Below the pieces are notes generated by a model. The model was not told the DNA's origin. It was given only the letters and a program-made list of their open reading frames with translations, and ran no database searches. Made by a program: the position numbers and the translations under genes. DNA of 64,000 bases from the IMG/VR virus record IMGVR_UViG_3300032216_002106, positions 1-64,000 of that record, one strand, 5' to 3'. The DNA comes from a virus (lineage: Duplodnaviria; Caudoviricetes). This document shows positions 37,056 to 45,772 of the stretch, piece after piece; position 1 is the stretch's first letter, and the number at the start of each line of letters is the position of its first letter.

Positions 37056-37099
37056 CTGAGTGGGGGATTCGATCCCCCGGCATCACGCCTGGTACTCAG
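37056..37099 (-). ncRNA. motif C-like three-way junction, divergent copy 3
   Basis: CTGAGT/ACTCAG; GGC-GTGAT-GCC; GGGGG-ATCGAAT-CCCCC; followed by TATTGCC as in the other copies. Confidence 0.55.
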
Positions 37100-37317
37100 A
37101 ACGGAATATCAGCTTCAACCCAGGTGTGTTCACCTAATTGAAGCATCTCTTGTTCCCAGTCTTCAAATGTATTCAGGTATTCAAGTGCCTTAGCTTTATT
37201 GCTAAACCACTTCTCACACCCTCCAAAATACATTTCAGCAAAACTGGGATAACCTCCTTCAGACATTTCATCAGGCTTAATACCAACGTAGTACTCAGTT
37301 GCGTGTGCGATTGACAT
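37096..37317 (-). CDS. first sizeable early gene, hypothetical
   Basis: 73 aa. Confidence 0.55.
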   Translation of the reverse strand: MSIAHATEYYVGIKPDEMSEGGYPSFAEMYFGGCEKWFSNKAKALEYLNTFEDWEQEMLQLGEHTWVEADIPF

Positions 37318-37362
37318 TTAATCGTGAGCTGTGCAGGTGCCCATCTCCTGCGGACTAGGCTG

Positions 37363-37391
37363 TGTCTGCGTTCTTAGGATGCGCAGCCCCC
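37363..37391 (-). ncRNA. motif B leader hairpin (promoter-proximal)
   Basis: GGGGGCTGCGCATCCTAAGAACGCAGACA. Confidence 0.7.
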
Positions 37392-37443
37392 TATCTATTA
37401 CTGCCGCTAGAACCCTACTCTCGTACATGAACGAAAGCTACCG

Positions 37444-37485
37444 ATTCTAGCACCACCTAACCTAGGATGATACGAATTCGTATCA
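37444..37485 (-). promoter_or_regulatory. putative early promoter: extended -10 plus upstream palindrome
   Basis: TG-C-TAGAAT (hexamer 37449-37444); perfect palindrome TGATACGAATTCGTATCA at 37468-37485 overlapping the -35 region. Confidence 0.55.
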
Positions 37486-37596
37486 CAAATGTTACAATAT
37501 CCGAATTAAGATCAATAAAAAGATAAGATCTTATTCTCTCAACGGAGTCAAGCCTTCTTCATATACTTAACAAAGAAGCTAGCGCTTCTTACACAC

Positions 37597-37673
37597 ACAC
37601 TCAAACGAAGCAGTTTCATATTACACTCCCAAGCGAAGCCGGGGTTTCTTACATATACACTCAAACGAAGCAG
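37597..37673. repeat. three imperfect direct repeats
   Basis: ACACTCAAACGAAGCAG at 37597 and 37657; ACACTCCCAAGCGAAGCCG at 37623. Confidence 0.65.
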
Positions 37674-37870
37674 GTGTACCCTTGTCTACGCGCCCTACTC
37701 CCGCTGCCACTTCCCCTCCAACAATGGACCCATTACACCTTTCTTTTTTTTCTCCCCACATTCGCTTTCCTCTACGAGGTGGGAGAACAGTCAGAAAATT
37801 TGCACCCCAATTCAGGGTTATATAGGGTGTTTTTGTATGTAAAATCCCTAATTAGCCCAAAAATTGACAC

Positions 37871-37895
37871 AAAAAAGCCGGGTTTTTAAGCCCGG
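37871..37895 (-). terminator. intrinsic terminator
   Basis: CCGGG-CTTAAAAA-CCCGG-C-TTTTTT on the minus strand. Confidence 0.6.
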
Positions 37896-37915
37896 TAAGT
37901 TAAATTAAGTTTAAC

Positions 37916-38143
37916 TTAGTCAACTATAGGATCTGTTGCCTGTTGCCTCTTGTATTCTAATGCAAGTGATTTAGCTTTTCCGTAGTTTTCTTCTTCTGGA
38001 ATTGTATAAGCAAGCCCTTTTTTAGCTTCTGTTACAAAATCACGTACTTCAAATGCATCAGCACCTTCACTGGCAAGGTTCAAGGCTTTCTTTTGAATAT
38101 TTTGTAGGCCTTTAATTCTTGATTCTCGTGCCTTAGGGTCCAT
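37916..38143 (-). CDS. hypothetical protein
   Basis: 75 aa followed by a terminator. Confidence 0.6.
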   Translation of the reverse strand: MDPKARESRIKGLQNIQKKALNLASEGADAFEVRDFVTEAKKGLAYTIPEEENYGKAKSLALEYKRQQATDPIVD

Positions 38144-38194
38144 TTAGGCGTCTGATTACTTTCTTTCTTTTATTGTAACCTAGATTATCAATAT

Positions 38195-38200
38195 TAGAAT
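38195..38200 (+). promoter_or_regulatory. -10-type promoter (TAGAAT) of the late block
   Basis: TAGAAT/TATAAT-like hexamers recur 20-80 nt before late genes (16100, 38195, 42789, 45913, 50429, 50931, 52057, 55409, 57960, 58709, 60956). Confidence 0.5.
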
Positions 38201-38234
38201 ATTTGTAAGATAAAAATAAAAGCTATAAGCCCTA

Positions 38235-40349
38235 ATGGCCCTTTCACCCGTTGATTTTTACGCCTATAGTCGCGCCACTGGGGCTCCAATCCCAGAAGAT
38301 GCAGAAGAAAGGGCACGGATGGCGCCTGATGTATACAACTTTAGGCAGAATCAACTTAAGGCACCTGAACAAGGTCCTAACTATGGAGCAATTGCAGGGC
38401 TTGCTGCGTTAGGCCTAGGGCTTGCTGCTGGTGGCGTAGGTCTAGCACGTGCGTTTAAGGGACGTGCACCCCAAGCCGCAACAAAAGTAGTAGATCAAGA
38501 AGCAGTGCGTAGAGTTGCACAAGAAGCTGTACCACAATCCAAGGTTATTGTTAGCGCCCCAATGCGTCCAAAACAACCCAGTGAAATCAAACCGTTTAAT
38601 CTTGCATATATTGAATCTACTGGCGCCGTTAAACCTACTCTTGACGTAGGTACACGTTTAAGTAATGCAGGCATTTCTTTAAGTGGTCCTTTAGATGAAT
38701 TAGAAATTTCATCTAGAAATGGTGACTACCCTAGCCGACTTAATCATCCTTATTCAAATCATCCAAAAGCATCCATCAGGCAAACAGCTCAACAAGAAGA
38801 GCAAATGGCACAAGCTCTTTTGCAAAAAGCAGGTGTAACACCAGAAGAAGCCAAATCTTACTGGAAGAATCAATTAGAACAATTTGAAGAAACAACTCCA
38901 GACCTTACAGCAGTTCAACAATCAGAAGCCCCTCAGCTTGCAGCGCAACAACATGCTGCTGTTGAATCAGGAGAAGATCAAACTACTGGTCGCTTTCAGC
39001 ACATGCTTCAGCTGAATGAAGATCTTGACACCAGTCAAATTGATGTCATGGAAGCAATGGCTGCACATCAATATCGTATGGGCATGGAACAAGATGAGCC
39101 AACTAGGCAACGCATGGTGCGTAGGCATGGACGTATGGTTGCATTGCCTGATGGCGTCCCTCATATTCAACAAGAAGATCCCGTTGCAGGCGCACAGAAT
39201 TTCCTAACACAACGCCGCCTAGAACTACAAAAAGAAGGTTTATCTCCAGGACGTATTGAAAGAGAGTTACTAGAAGGACCTAATCAAACAACTTTAAAAC
39301 AAGGACTTGAGTTGTTTGCATCGACAGGTGATCCAGCAGCAGCCGAGATGATCTCTGGTACTCCTTCCGTGCCTTTAGTTGTTAAGCCTTCAGTTCAACT
39401 AAAAACTCAAGGTGCAGAAGAAATTCCTACGGGGGAGTTTTTTGAAACCTGGAAAACCAGAGAATTAAATACTGGCAAATTAGAAGATAGAGACATACAT
39501 TATACAAATCGTATTTCAATGTTGGGAGATAAACTGTTAAGTGTTCCGTCACATATTCCCAACCCAAAACATCAAGAGCTTTCTGAAACTGTATTAATGG
39601 CAGGTCATGCTTGGAAGCAAGGTGACCGCAGTGAAAGAGTTCGAGCAATAGGAACTAATGCTAGTGAAGAGTTAAAAAAAGTTTCTGAATTTATTCCCAA
39701 TCCTGAACACACTGCTTTAAGTGAAGAAATAGCTTTTGCTAATGCGCAAAGAAATGATGTCAGAGCGCAAATTGCTGCTAAACAACGAGAGGTTACAGAT
39801 TTTGCTAGTGTAATGAAATTAAAGAATTTAAAAGAAGGCGTACGTGATTTTGCTGAGGTAAACCCTGATACACAAGAAGTTATTATTAACGCACAAACAG
39901 GTCGTCCTACGGTTGAAGTAAGACCAGGAAGACCTTCTCTGCCAGCAGGTACTGTAGAAAAAGCTGCTTCTGGAACATCAATTCGAGGAGTTGGTGGTGC
40001 GTCCGGAACAGGACTTGGTAGCGCTCCCGGTGTTTATGAGCCAGGTGCAGTTCTATCTGATGTAATCATTGAAAACGGGGAAGAAACATATAAACCAGTT
40101 ATGTGGCAAGAGGGGACACATCCTTTAAGCCTACGCACTCCAGAAGGTTATGTGTATTCTGAAGCAGCAACACAACGTCCAACAGCAACGCAAGGAAAAC
40201 GTTTTCAAACCCATCCCCTTGGAACCAAGCCTCCAGAAGTTGCGCGTCGTTCTGTTGATGTAGCCAGTGAAATACGTAGGCTACAATCAAGTAACAGACC
40301 AGGTGCTCAGCAACAATTACAACAATTTATCCAAGGACTAAGAGGTTAA
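38235..40349 (+). CDS. large hypothetical protein, putative internal virion protein
   Basis: 704 aa; N-terminal Gly/Ala hydrophobic helix, low-complexity body. Confidence 0.55.
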   Translation: MALSPVDFYAYSRATGAPIPEDAEERARMAPDVYNFRQNQLKAPEQGPNYGAIAGLAALGLGLAAGGVGLARAFKGRAPQAATKVVDQEAVRRVAQEAVPQSKVIVSAPMRPKQPSEIKPFNLAYIESTGAVKPTLDVGTRLSNAGISLSGPLDELEISSRNGDYPSRLNHPYSNHPKASIRQTAQQEEQMAQALLQKAGVTPEEAKSYWKNQLEQFEETTPDLTAVQQSEAPQLAAQQHAAVESGEDQTTGRFQHMLQLNEDLDTSQIDVMEAMAAHQYRMGMEQDEPTRQRMVRRHGRMVALPDGVPHIQQEDPVAGAQNFLTQRRLELQKEGLSPGRIERELLEGPNQTTLKQGLELFASTGDPAAAEMISGTPSVPLVVKPSVQLKTQGAEEIPTGEFFETWKTRELNTGKLEDRDIHYTNRISMLGDKLLSVPSHIPNPKHQELSETVLMAGHAWKQGDRSERVRAIGTNASEELKKVSEFIPNPEHTALSEEIAFANAQRNDVRAQIAAKQREVTDFASVMKLKNLKEGVRDFAEVNPDTQEVIINAQTGRPTVEVRPGRPSLPAGTVEKAASGTSIRGVGGASGTGLGSAPGVYEPGAVLSDVIIENGEETYKPVMWQEGTHPLSLRTPEGYVYSEAATQRPTATQGKRFQTHPLGTKPPEVARRSVDVASEIRRLQSSNRPGAQQQLQQFIQGLRG

Positions 40350-40352
40350 GCC

Positions 40353-40577
40353 ATGGCAGACAAGAAGAAAGATAAAAAATTTATCCAAGATATGGATATG
40401 AAAGAAGGGGCGTTTACAGCTAAGGCCAAGAAGCGTGGCATCACAACTGCCCAGCTTCAGGAGAACGTGCTTTCTAGCCCTGACAAGTATGATGAAAAAA
40501 CAGTAAAACAAGCCAACTTGCGTAAAACTTTGGTAAAGTTAAACAAGCATAAAAAAGAGAAGGCTGATAATGGCTAA
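40353..40577 (+). CDS. small basic phage protein
   Basis: KFIQDMDMKEGAFTAKAKKRG...QANLRKTL. Confidence 0.6.
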   Translation: MADKKKDKKFIQDMDMKEGAFTAKAKKRGITTAQLQENVLSSPDKYDEKTVKQANLRKTLVKLNKHKKEKADNG

Positions 40578-41211
40578 AGACTATCGCCTTGATCTTGGGC
40601 GCTACATAACAAATCCATTTCATAGAGGAGGCTATGAACATAAGAAGCTTTCTTTTGATGATTTATTTCGGACTACATCACGGAGCAATAAAACTCCCTG
40701 GACGCCATCACGATTTACTGAAGAAGATCTACTGAATCGAGTCAAAACAAAACAACTTAATTTAAACCCAGATCTTAACTTTATTTCCAACTCACCTTTC
40801 TTTGATGACAACACAGAAGTCAACAATAATTATGAATTGTTTAAGGGACTAGGGCGATTTAAGCGTAGAGAAGATTATGACTTTGTGGCAGGCCGCGCAA
40901 AAACAACTCAACGCCCACAAGATCAGCCTGACTTTCAACCTCTTTGGGTTGATGCATACAAACTAAGTCCTACGTTGTCTCCCGATAAGCGGGCCAAGAA
41001 TCCAATGCCAACAATGTCTAACCCTGATCCACGGGGCTTCTTGATGGTTGTTGCAGAAAATCGCGCTAAAGACGAGGCAGAAGGTAAAAAGAGTATTGCT
41101 GAATTGTTGCCATCTAAACAAACAAATGCTGCTATCAGAAAAGAACAACAAGCAGGTAAAGAAACAACACTTGAAGAAAATAAGCTTCCCCTGGAGCCCG
41201 GCCAAAAATAG
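40570..41211 (+). CDS. hypothetical protein
   Basis: 213 aa. Confidence 0.55.
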   Translation: MAKDYRLDLGRYITNPFHRGGYEHKKLSFDDLFRTTSRSNKTPWTPSRFTEEDLLNRVKTKQLNLNPDLNFISNSPFFDDNTEVNNNYELFKGLGRFKRREDYDFVAGRAKTTQRPQDQPDFQPLWVDAYKLSPTLSPDKRAKNPMPTMSNPDPRGFLMVVAENRAKDEAEGKKSIAELLPSKQTNAAIRKEQQAGKETTLEENKLPLEPGQK

Positions 41212-41247
41212 TTCGTATAAAATAAAGGTAATACAGAATAAATAAAA

Positions 41248-41832
41248 GTGTTAGGCGAAATAGCAAAACTAGCTGGTAGATATCTTCGTAAGGGAGGCAC
41301 CATTAGGGAAGTAGCAAAAGATGTTGGCATTCAATCAGGCATCTCTGGGTTACTTGGAACTTTAGCCGGTGGTCCTGGTGCAGGGCTTGCTTATGCCGCT
41401 GGTGATTTTGCAACCAATCTACCTCTAGTTGCTGGAGCTAGGAAATTGTTCCCTGGTACCAAGGGGACATTAATGGTAAAAGATGCAACAGGTAAGTTGG
41501 TTTCTAAGCCATATACAACTCCTTCTGCAATAGAACAAGGTGTAAATCTTGGTGCTTCTTTGCTATCACCCGTAGCTGTTGATATGGTTACAGGTGGACG
41601 TTTGTTGCCGCAGTTAGAGCCTACCAATATCTCTCAAGAGCAACAGCTGTATCAGCAAGGAGTTCAGTTTCAAAATATAAATCATGGTGCAACACAAGCC
41701 TTAGCACAAGGAACAAGATTTCAATTGCAAGGGTTGCCTGAAAGGGTTACAAATATGCCAGTACCAGGCATAGAACTTTTACCTGAACAACAGCAGTACT
41801 TAGCTCAACAAATGAGTCATCTACAAGCGTAG
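41248..41832 (+). CDS. Gly/Ala-rich putative virion protein
   Basis: GxxxG-rich helices. Confidence 0.55.
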   Translation: MLGEIAKLAGRYLRKGGTIREVAKDVGIQSGISGLLGTLAGGPGAGLAYAAGDFATNLPLVAGARKLFPGTKGTLMVKDATGKLVSKPYTTPSAIEQGVNLGASLLSPVAVDMVTGGRLLPQLEPTNISQEQQLYQQGVQFQNINHGATQALAQGTRFQLQGLPERVTNMPVPGIELLPEQQQYLAQQMSHLQA

Positions 41833-41834
41833 TC

Positions 41835-42788
41835 ATGGGAATTATTACACAAGCTCAAGATCTGTTAAGTGCAGGCAAAAAGGGCTATGCAAAGGGTTCT
41901 CGTGTGCAAGCCGAAATGGTGGCAACACACAAGAAGCCGGATGGGCGTATTACCGGCAGTTATGGACAAAGTGTCTTATCGCCTGAGTTCAATCAACGTC
42001 TTGCAGGAAAAGGTGTTACGGCCCAGGAAACACCAATGCAGTTTCTTGGGGCATATACGTCACGTCTTATTGTAGATCTTGCCAATGACGGCACACGCAC
42101 CTATTGGTGGCGATATAACCACCCACTAGCCATCGCACAAAGAGCCTCTGACATGGTCCTAGATGCGGCAGGGATGCCTCGTCACCCGGTCACGCGCTCA
42201 TTGATTGGTTTAGGCATCGGCTTGCCTGCTATTGCTTCTGCTGGCACCTACGACATTACTAATCCAGAAGAACAGTTTAGACCAAAAGGCTTTACGCAAA
42301 CGTACGCAGAAGAAGGTTCAGAAGATCGTAGGCAATCAACTCAACCAGCGCAAGAATTATTTGAACGTTTCTTCCTTGGTAGAACAGGTCGTCCCCTTAA
42401 GTACGAGACAGCAAAAGAAGATATTCCCAATCTAACGCCTGAGCGTTATACCAATTACTTACAATACACATACCAAGATAAAGGTTTTCTTAATCTTGGT
42501 ATTGTCAAAGGTACTATGGAGAACTTGCAAGGAGTTCCTGAAGTTCGTTTGTTGGGTTTTCCAGCAACCATCCCAATGGCAGGAGGATTTGGAGCTGGTA
42601 CTGTAGGAGCCGTACTAGGGGCAAAAACAGCACCCAGAGGAAAAGTTGCAGGACGCAGTATTATTGGTGGTGCGCTTGGCTCTGCATTAGGTGTAGCAAT
42701 AGGTAATGCTGTTAATGAAACAATTGCTGCAGCTAATAGACAAAAATTACCTAGGCTTACAGAGTATCAACAACAAGATAATATCTGA
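41835..42788 (+). CDS. putative virion protein with glycine-zipper C-terminus
   Basis: GGFGAGTVGAVLG...GGALGSALGVAIG. Confidence 0.55.
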   Translation: MGIITQAQDLLSAGKKGYAKGSRVQAEMVATHKKPDGRITGSYGQSVLSPEFNQRLAGKGVTAQETPMQFLGAYTSRLIVDLANDGTRTYWWRYNHPLAIAQRASDMVLDAAGMPRHPVTRSLIGLGIGLPAIASAGTYDITNPEEQFRPKGFTQTYAEEGSEDRRQSTQPAQELFERFFLGRTGRPLKYETAKEDIPNLTPERYTNYLQYTYQDKGFLNLGIVKGTMENLQGVPEVRLLGFPATIPMAGGFGAGTVGAVLGAKTAPRGKVAGRSIIGGALGSALGVAIGNAVNETIAAANRQKLPRLTEYQQQDNI

Positions 42789-42825
42789 TAGAATTTAACT
42801 ATATAAATAAATGATTTAAAAATAA

Positions 42826-43788
42826 ATGGCGTTAACTCCTCAACAAATAGCTGCTTTATCAGGGGAAGACCCCTCAGCTTATTATGGAACTGATCTAGCG
42901 CGTCTGGCGCAAGCACGAGCTGGTTTAATTCCAGCTGAATCTATTGCTCCAATAGGCGCTACAACAATCACTCCAGGAGTAGGAACACCTAATCCTCAAG
43001 ATTTTCTTGCGGACGCACGTAAAAGAGTTCAGAATGTAATGCAGGGGGGAAGCGAAAAAGTAAATGCCCTGCGTCAGTCTCAGGCAGCTCAAGCTATAAA
43101 AGGCCGTGCTGGCATGATCGGCTCAAGTGCCGCTGGTCTTGGTGTCGCTGTTAATCAACTTGGACAGCAACAACCACTAGGTGCCGTTGCTTCTCTTGGC
43201 GGCAGTGCTATTGGTGGCAAGATCGGCGCAGGTCTTGGTGGCCGCTTTGGTCCTGCAGGTAGAGCCATTGGTGGTTTTATTGGTACTGGCATTGGCGGTC
43301 TTATGGCCGGTGAAGGTGCTGAGATGGTTAAGGCTGCCGTTACAGGTGCAGGTAAAGGAACGTCTCCTGGTGGCACGGAAGCACCTGCCTATATCCCTGG
43401 CACCAACATCCCCCTGAATGACTCAGCACGTTTCTTGTCAATGCAAGGTGCATTGCAGAATCAACAGCTTGACTTGTATAAAGGCTACAGTGCAACCGAT
43501 AGGGCGGGGATGAAAGATATTATTTCACATAATATGCAAGCACAGGTTCAGCTCACCAAGTCTTTGCAGCCCGTAATTGAACAAGCTAAGACCAACGATC
43601 AAGTTCGTACGCAGGCCTTGATGAACACCCAGGGTAATATTGAAGCACGTCTTGGTGTACTTGCAACACAAGGAGCCCTGGCTAAGGGAGCCCAAGCTGA
43701 AGCTGGCGCACTAGCAAGAACATTTGCTGGCAGCAACCCTTATGCACAATTTGCTGTTCGTCAATCACCTAACATCCAGTTTGGTTAA
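42826..43788 (+). CDS. putative virion protein with glycine zipper
   Basis: GGSAIGGKIGAGLGG...IGGFIGTGIGG. Confidence 0.6.
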   Translation: MALTPQQIAALSGEDPSAYYGTDLARLAQARAGLIPAESIAPIGATTITPGVGTPNPQDFLADARKRVQNVMQGGSEKVNALRQSQAAQAIKGRAGMIGSSAAGLGVAVNQLGQQQPLGAVASLGGSAIGGKIGAGLGGRFGPAGRAIGGFIGTGIGGLMAGEGAEMVKAAVTGAGKGTSPGGTEAPAYIPGTNIPLNDSARFLSMQGALQNQQLDLYKGYSATDRAGMKDIISHNMQAQVQLTKSLQPVIEQAKTNDQVRTQALMNTQGNIEARLGVLATQGALAKGAQAEAGALARTFAGSNPYAQFAVRQSPNIQFG

Positions 43789-43790
43789 TC

Positions 43791-44282
43791 ATGGCAATGT
43801 CTTTCCCTGGTGCAATGTTTAACTTAAGTCCTGGTCAATTGACACAGGCATTTGCGCCTGTTAATAAAAATCTTTTTAGTGAAAGAACAATAGAAGAAGC
43901 GCCTGTTACTTCCGGAATTCCACAAGGAGTAGATCCTACTATTGCTTATATTTTTGAAAAAAATAAACCCAGAAGTCAAGCGTCTGAATTAAAAGAATTA
44001 ATTCCATTTATTAATCAATTAGATGAAGCCAGAGCAGAAAGAGCAACAAAATTAGCAAGACAAAAACTAGGGGATGAAGCATTAATATCAGGAATTGGCG
44101 CACTAGCCAAGGGTGTAGAAACTTCTATTGCTGGGGGCAGTCCTGAAATGCTTGCTTTCTTGGCACAAGCACCCATGCGAAACGCCAGTTCTTATATACA
44201 AGGCCTTGGGGTTTACCCACGCCAAGAAATTCCGATGTTATCTACTCAGCCAATAACACCTAATCGGAAGTATTTTGCCTAG
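43791..44282 (+). CDS. hypothetical late protein
   Basis: 163 aa. Confidence 0.55.
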   Translation: MAMSFPGAMFNLSPGQLTQAFAPVNKNLFSERTIEEAPVTSGIPQGVDPTIAYIFEKNKPRSQASELKELIPFINQLDEARAERATKLARQKLGDEALISGIGALAKGVETSIAGGSPEMLAFLAQAPMRNASSYIQGLGVYPRQEIPMLSTQPITPNRKYFA

Positions 44283-44284
44283 CC

Positions 44285-44860
44285 ATGGCTTTTGGTTTAG
44301 GTGGAAGTTGGAATGGTAGCTGGAGTGGCGCTGGTGACTCTGGATTGGGTAATTGGTCTACAATGGGTGGAGGTAACAAAAGTAGTGGAGGTGCAATGTT
44401 TGATCCAATATCGTTAGGTGTACTGGTCGCCGGTCAAGTTGGCAGTAGTTTTTTAACAGGTCAAGCCAATCAAAATGCTGCTAGGGAGCAGAAGAAAGCA
44501 GCTAAAGACCAGGCCATGTGGAGCATGCTTGGCACAATGCAATCTGCCAACGATGCAAGAGCCGCCAGATCAGCAGCCCAAGCTACTAATATTTTTGGGC
44601 AGCTAGCAGGCCCTTTATTTGGGACACCGATAGATTATGGTTGGCAGCGAGCAGCAAAAGAAGAAGACATGCAACGATTTATGCCGATGCAATTTGCAAT
44701 GCAAAGGCAAGAAAATCGTTTAGGTGAAGAAGAAGAGCAAACACCTTTATTTAGAGGCGGTAGACAAAAAGAAGCATATGAAAATAGACTAGCTGGTAGG
44801 TATGCCGCTGCATTACCTGCAATGACCCAATGGGGTTCATTTAACTTACCCACAGCATAG
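44285..44860 (+). CDS. putative pilot/ejection-like protein
   Basis: MFDPISLGVLVAGQVGSSFLTGQANQNAAREQKKAA pattern typical of podovirus ejection proteins. Confidence 0.45.
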   Translation: MAFGLGGSWNGSWSGAGDSGLGNWSTMGGGNKSSGGAMFDPISLGVLVAGQVGSSFLTGQANQNAAREQKKAAKDQAMWSMLGTMQSANDARAARSAAQATNIFGQLAGPLFGTPIDYGWQRAAKEEDMQRFMPMQFAMQRQENRLGEEEEQTPLFRGGRQKEAYENRLAGRYAAALPAMTQWGSFNLPTA

Positions 44861-44870
44861 GAGATAAATT

Positions 44871-45770
44871 ATGGGATTTGATTTTGGCAGCTTCATCATG
44901 ATGAGCATGATGAATGATCAGGCAGCACAAACAAGACAAGATAATGCAGCTGATAGAGCTTTTAGTCAGGGGCTAATAAACCAAGCACAAATAAAAGCAG
45001 ATGCTGCAGAAAAACGTTTGGCTGATCAAGCAGCCGAACGCAAAACGGGTGGAATAGCTGGTAAACCTACTTATATTGCCAATGTCCAAAGACGTTTAGA
45101 ACAAGGTCTGATAGGTGAAGAAACAGCGCAAAAACTAATAGAAGATTACAACACTAAGTATGATCTTGCGCCAGATGTAAATGATTACACAGGTATAACT
45201 GACGCTTATTCAAAATTTGCCCCTAAGCAACAAGAAGTCCAGCTAAGTTCAGCTTACCAAAATCTTTTGGGGCGCCCGATCACAGCAGCCGAACTTACTG
45301 CAGGCCAGTCCAAGATGAGCCTGGGGCGTACCATTGGCGATATAGAAAAAGATATAGAAGCTAGTTCAGAATACAAGAAAGCGCGTCCAGGGAGCGCCTT
45401 TGAGGCAGAGCAGGAGGCTAGATATGGTGGCCCTGTGCTTGATGCAACAGGAGCACGTACTGGTAAATATAAGTTTAATTTTGGCACTGGTACTTTACCT
45501 CAGCTGTCTGCTGACTTAACCAGTAAAACAGGAATTACAGCCCCTGGTTTTATTGGTAAAGATTTTACTGGATCAGCAGAAGAAATTGAAGCTGCTAAAA
45601 ATTCTAAAAATAACTACGAAACATTCATGTATAATTCAGGGTTAAAATCTTTGGAGGGTAATATTCAAACTGAGCTAACCAAATTACAAACTGAAGGGCA
45701 AATAAAGGTTGGCAAACAACAAGAACAATATGGCTTACTGAAGGGTCTTGTGGGAGCATTTAGTTTTTAA
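44871..45770 (+). CDS. hypothetical late protein
   Basis: 299 aa, Ala/Gln-rich. Confidence 0.55.
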   Translation: MGFDFGSFIMMSMMNDQAAQTRQDNAADRAFSQGLINQAQIKADAAEKRLADQAAERKTGGIAGKPTYIANVQRRLEQGLIGEETAQKLIEDYNTKYDLAPDVNDYTGITDAYSKFAPKQQEVQLSSAYQNLLGRPITAAELTAGQSKMSLGRTIGDIEKDIEASSEYKKARPGSAFEAEQEARYGGPVLDATGARTGKYKFNFGTGTLPQLSADLTSKTGITAPGFIGKDFTGSAEEIEAAKNSKNNYETFMYNSGLKSLEGNIQTELTKLQTEGQIKVGKQQEQYGLLKGLVGAFSF

Positions 45771-45772
45771 CA

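Noticed and set aside
37056-37099. tRNA gene
   Set aside because: Has a T-arm-like hairpin but no anticodon arm or CCA and is only 44 nt; kept as a tRNA-like element.
19433-37391. CRISPR array or mini-array formed by the repeated motifs
   Set aside because: Copies are hundreds to thousands of bases apart, separated by whole genes, with no constant-length spacers. The Cas4-like gene is the common stand-alone phage exonuclease.
37468-37496. NtcA box
   Set aside because: GTA...TAC half-sites are spaced N10, not N8.
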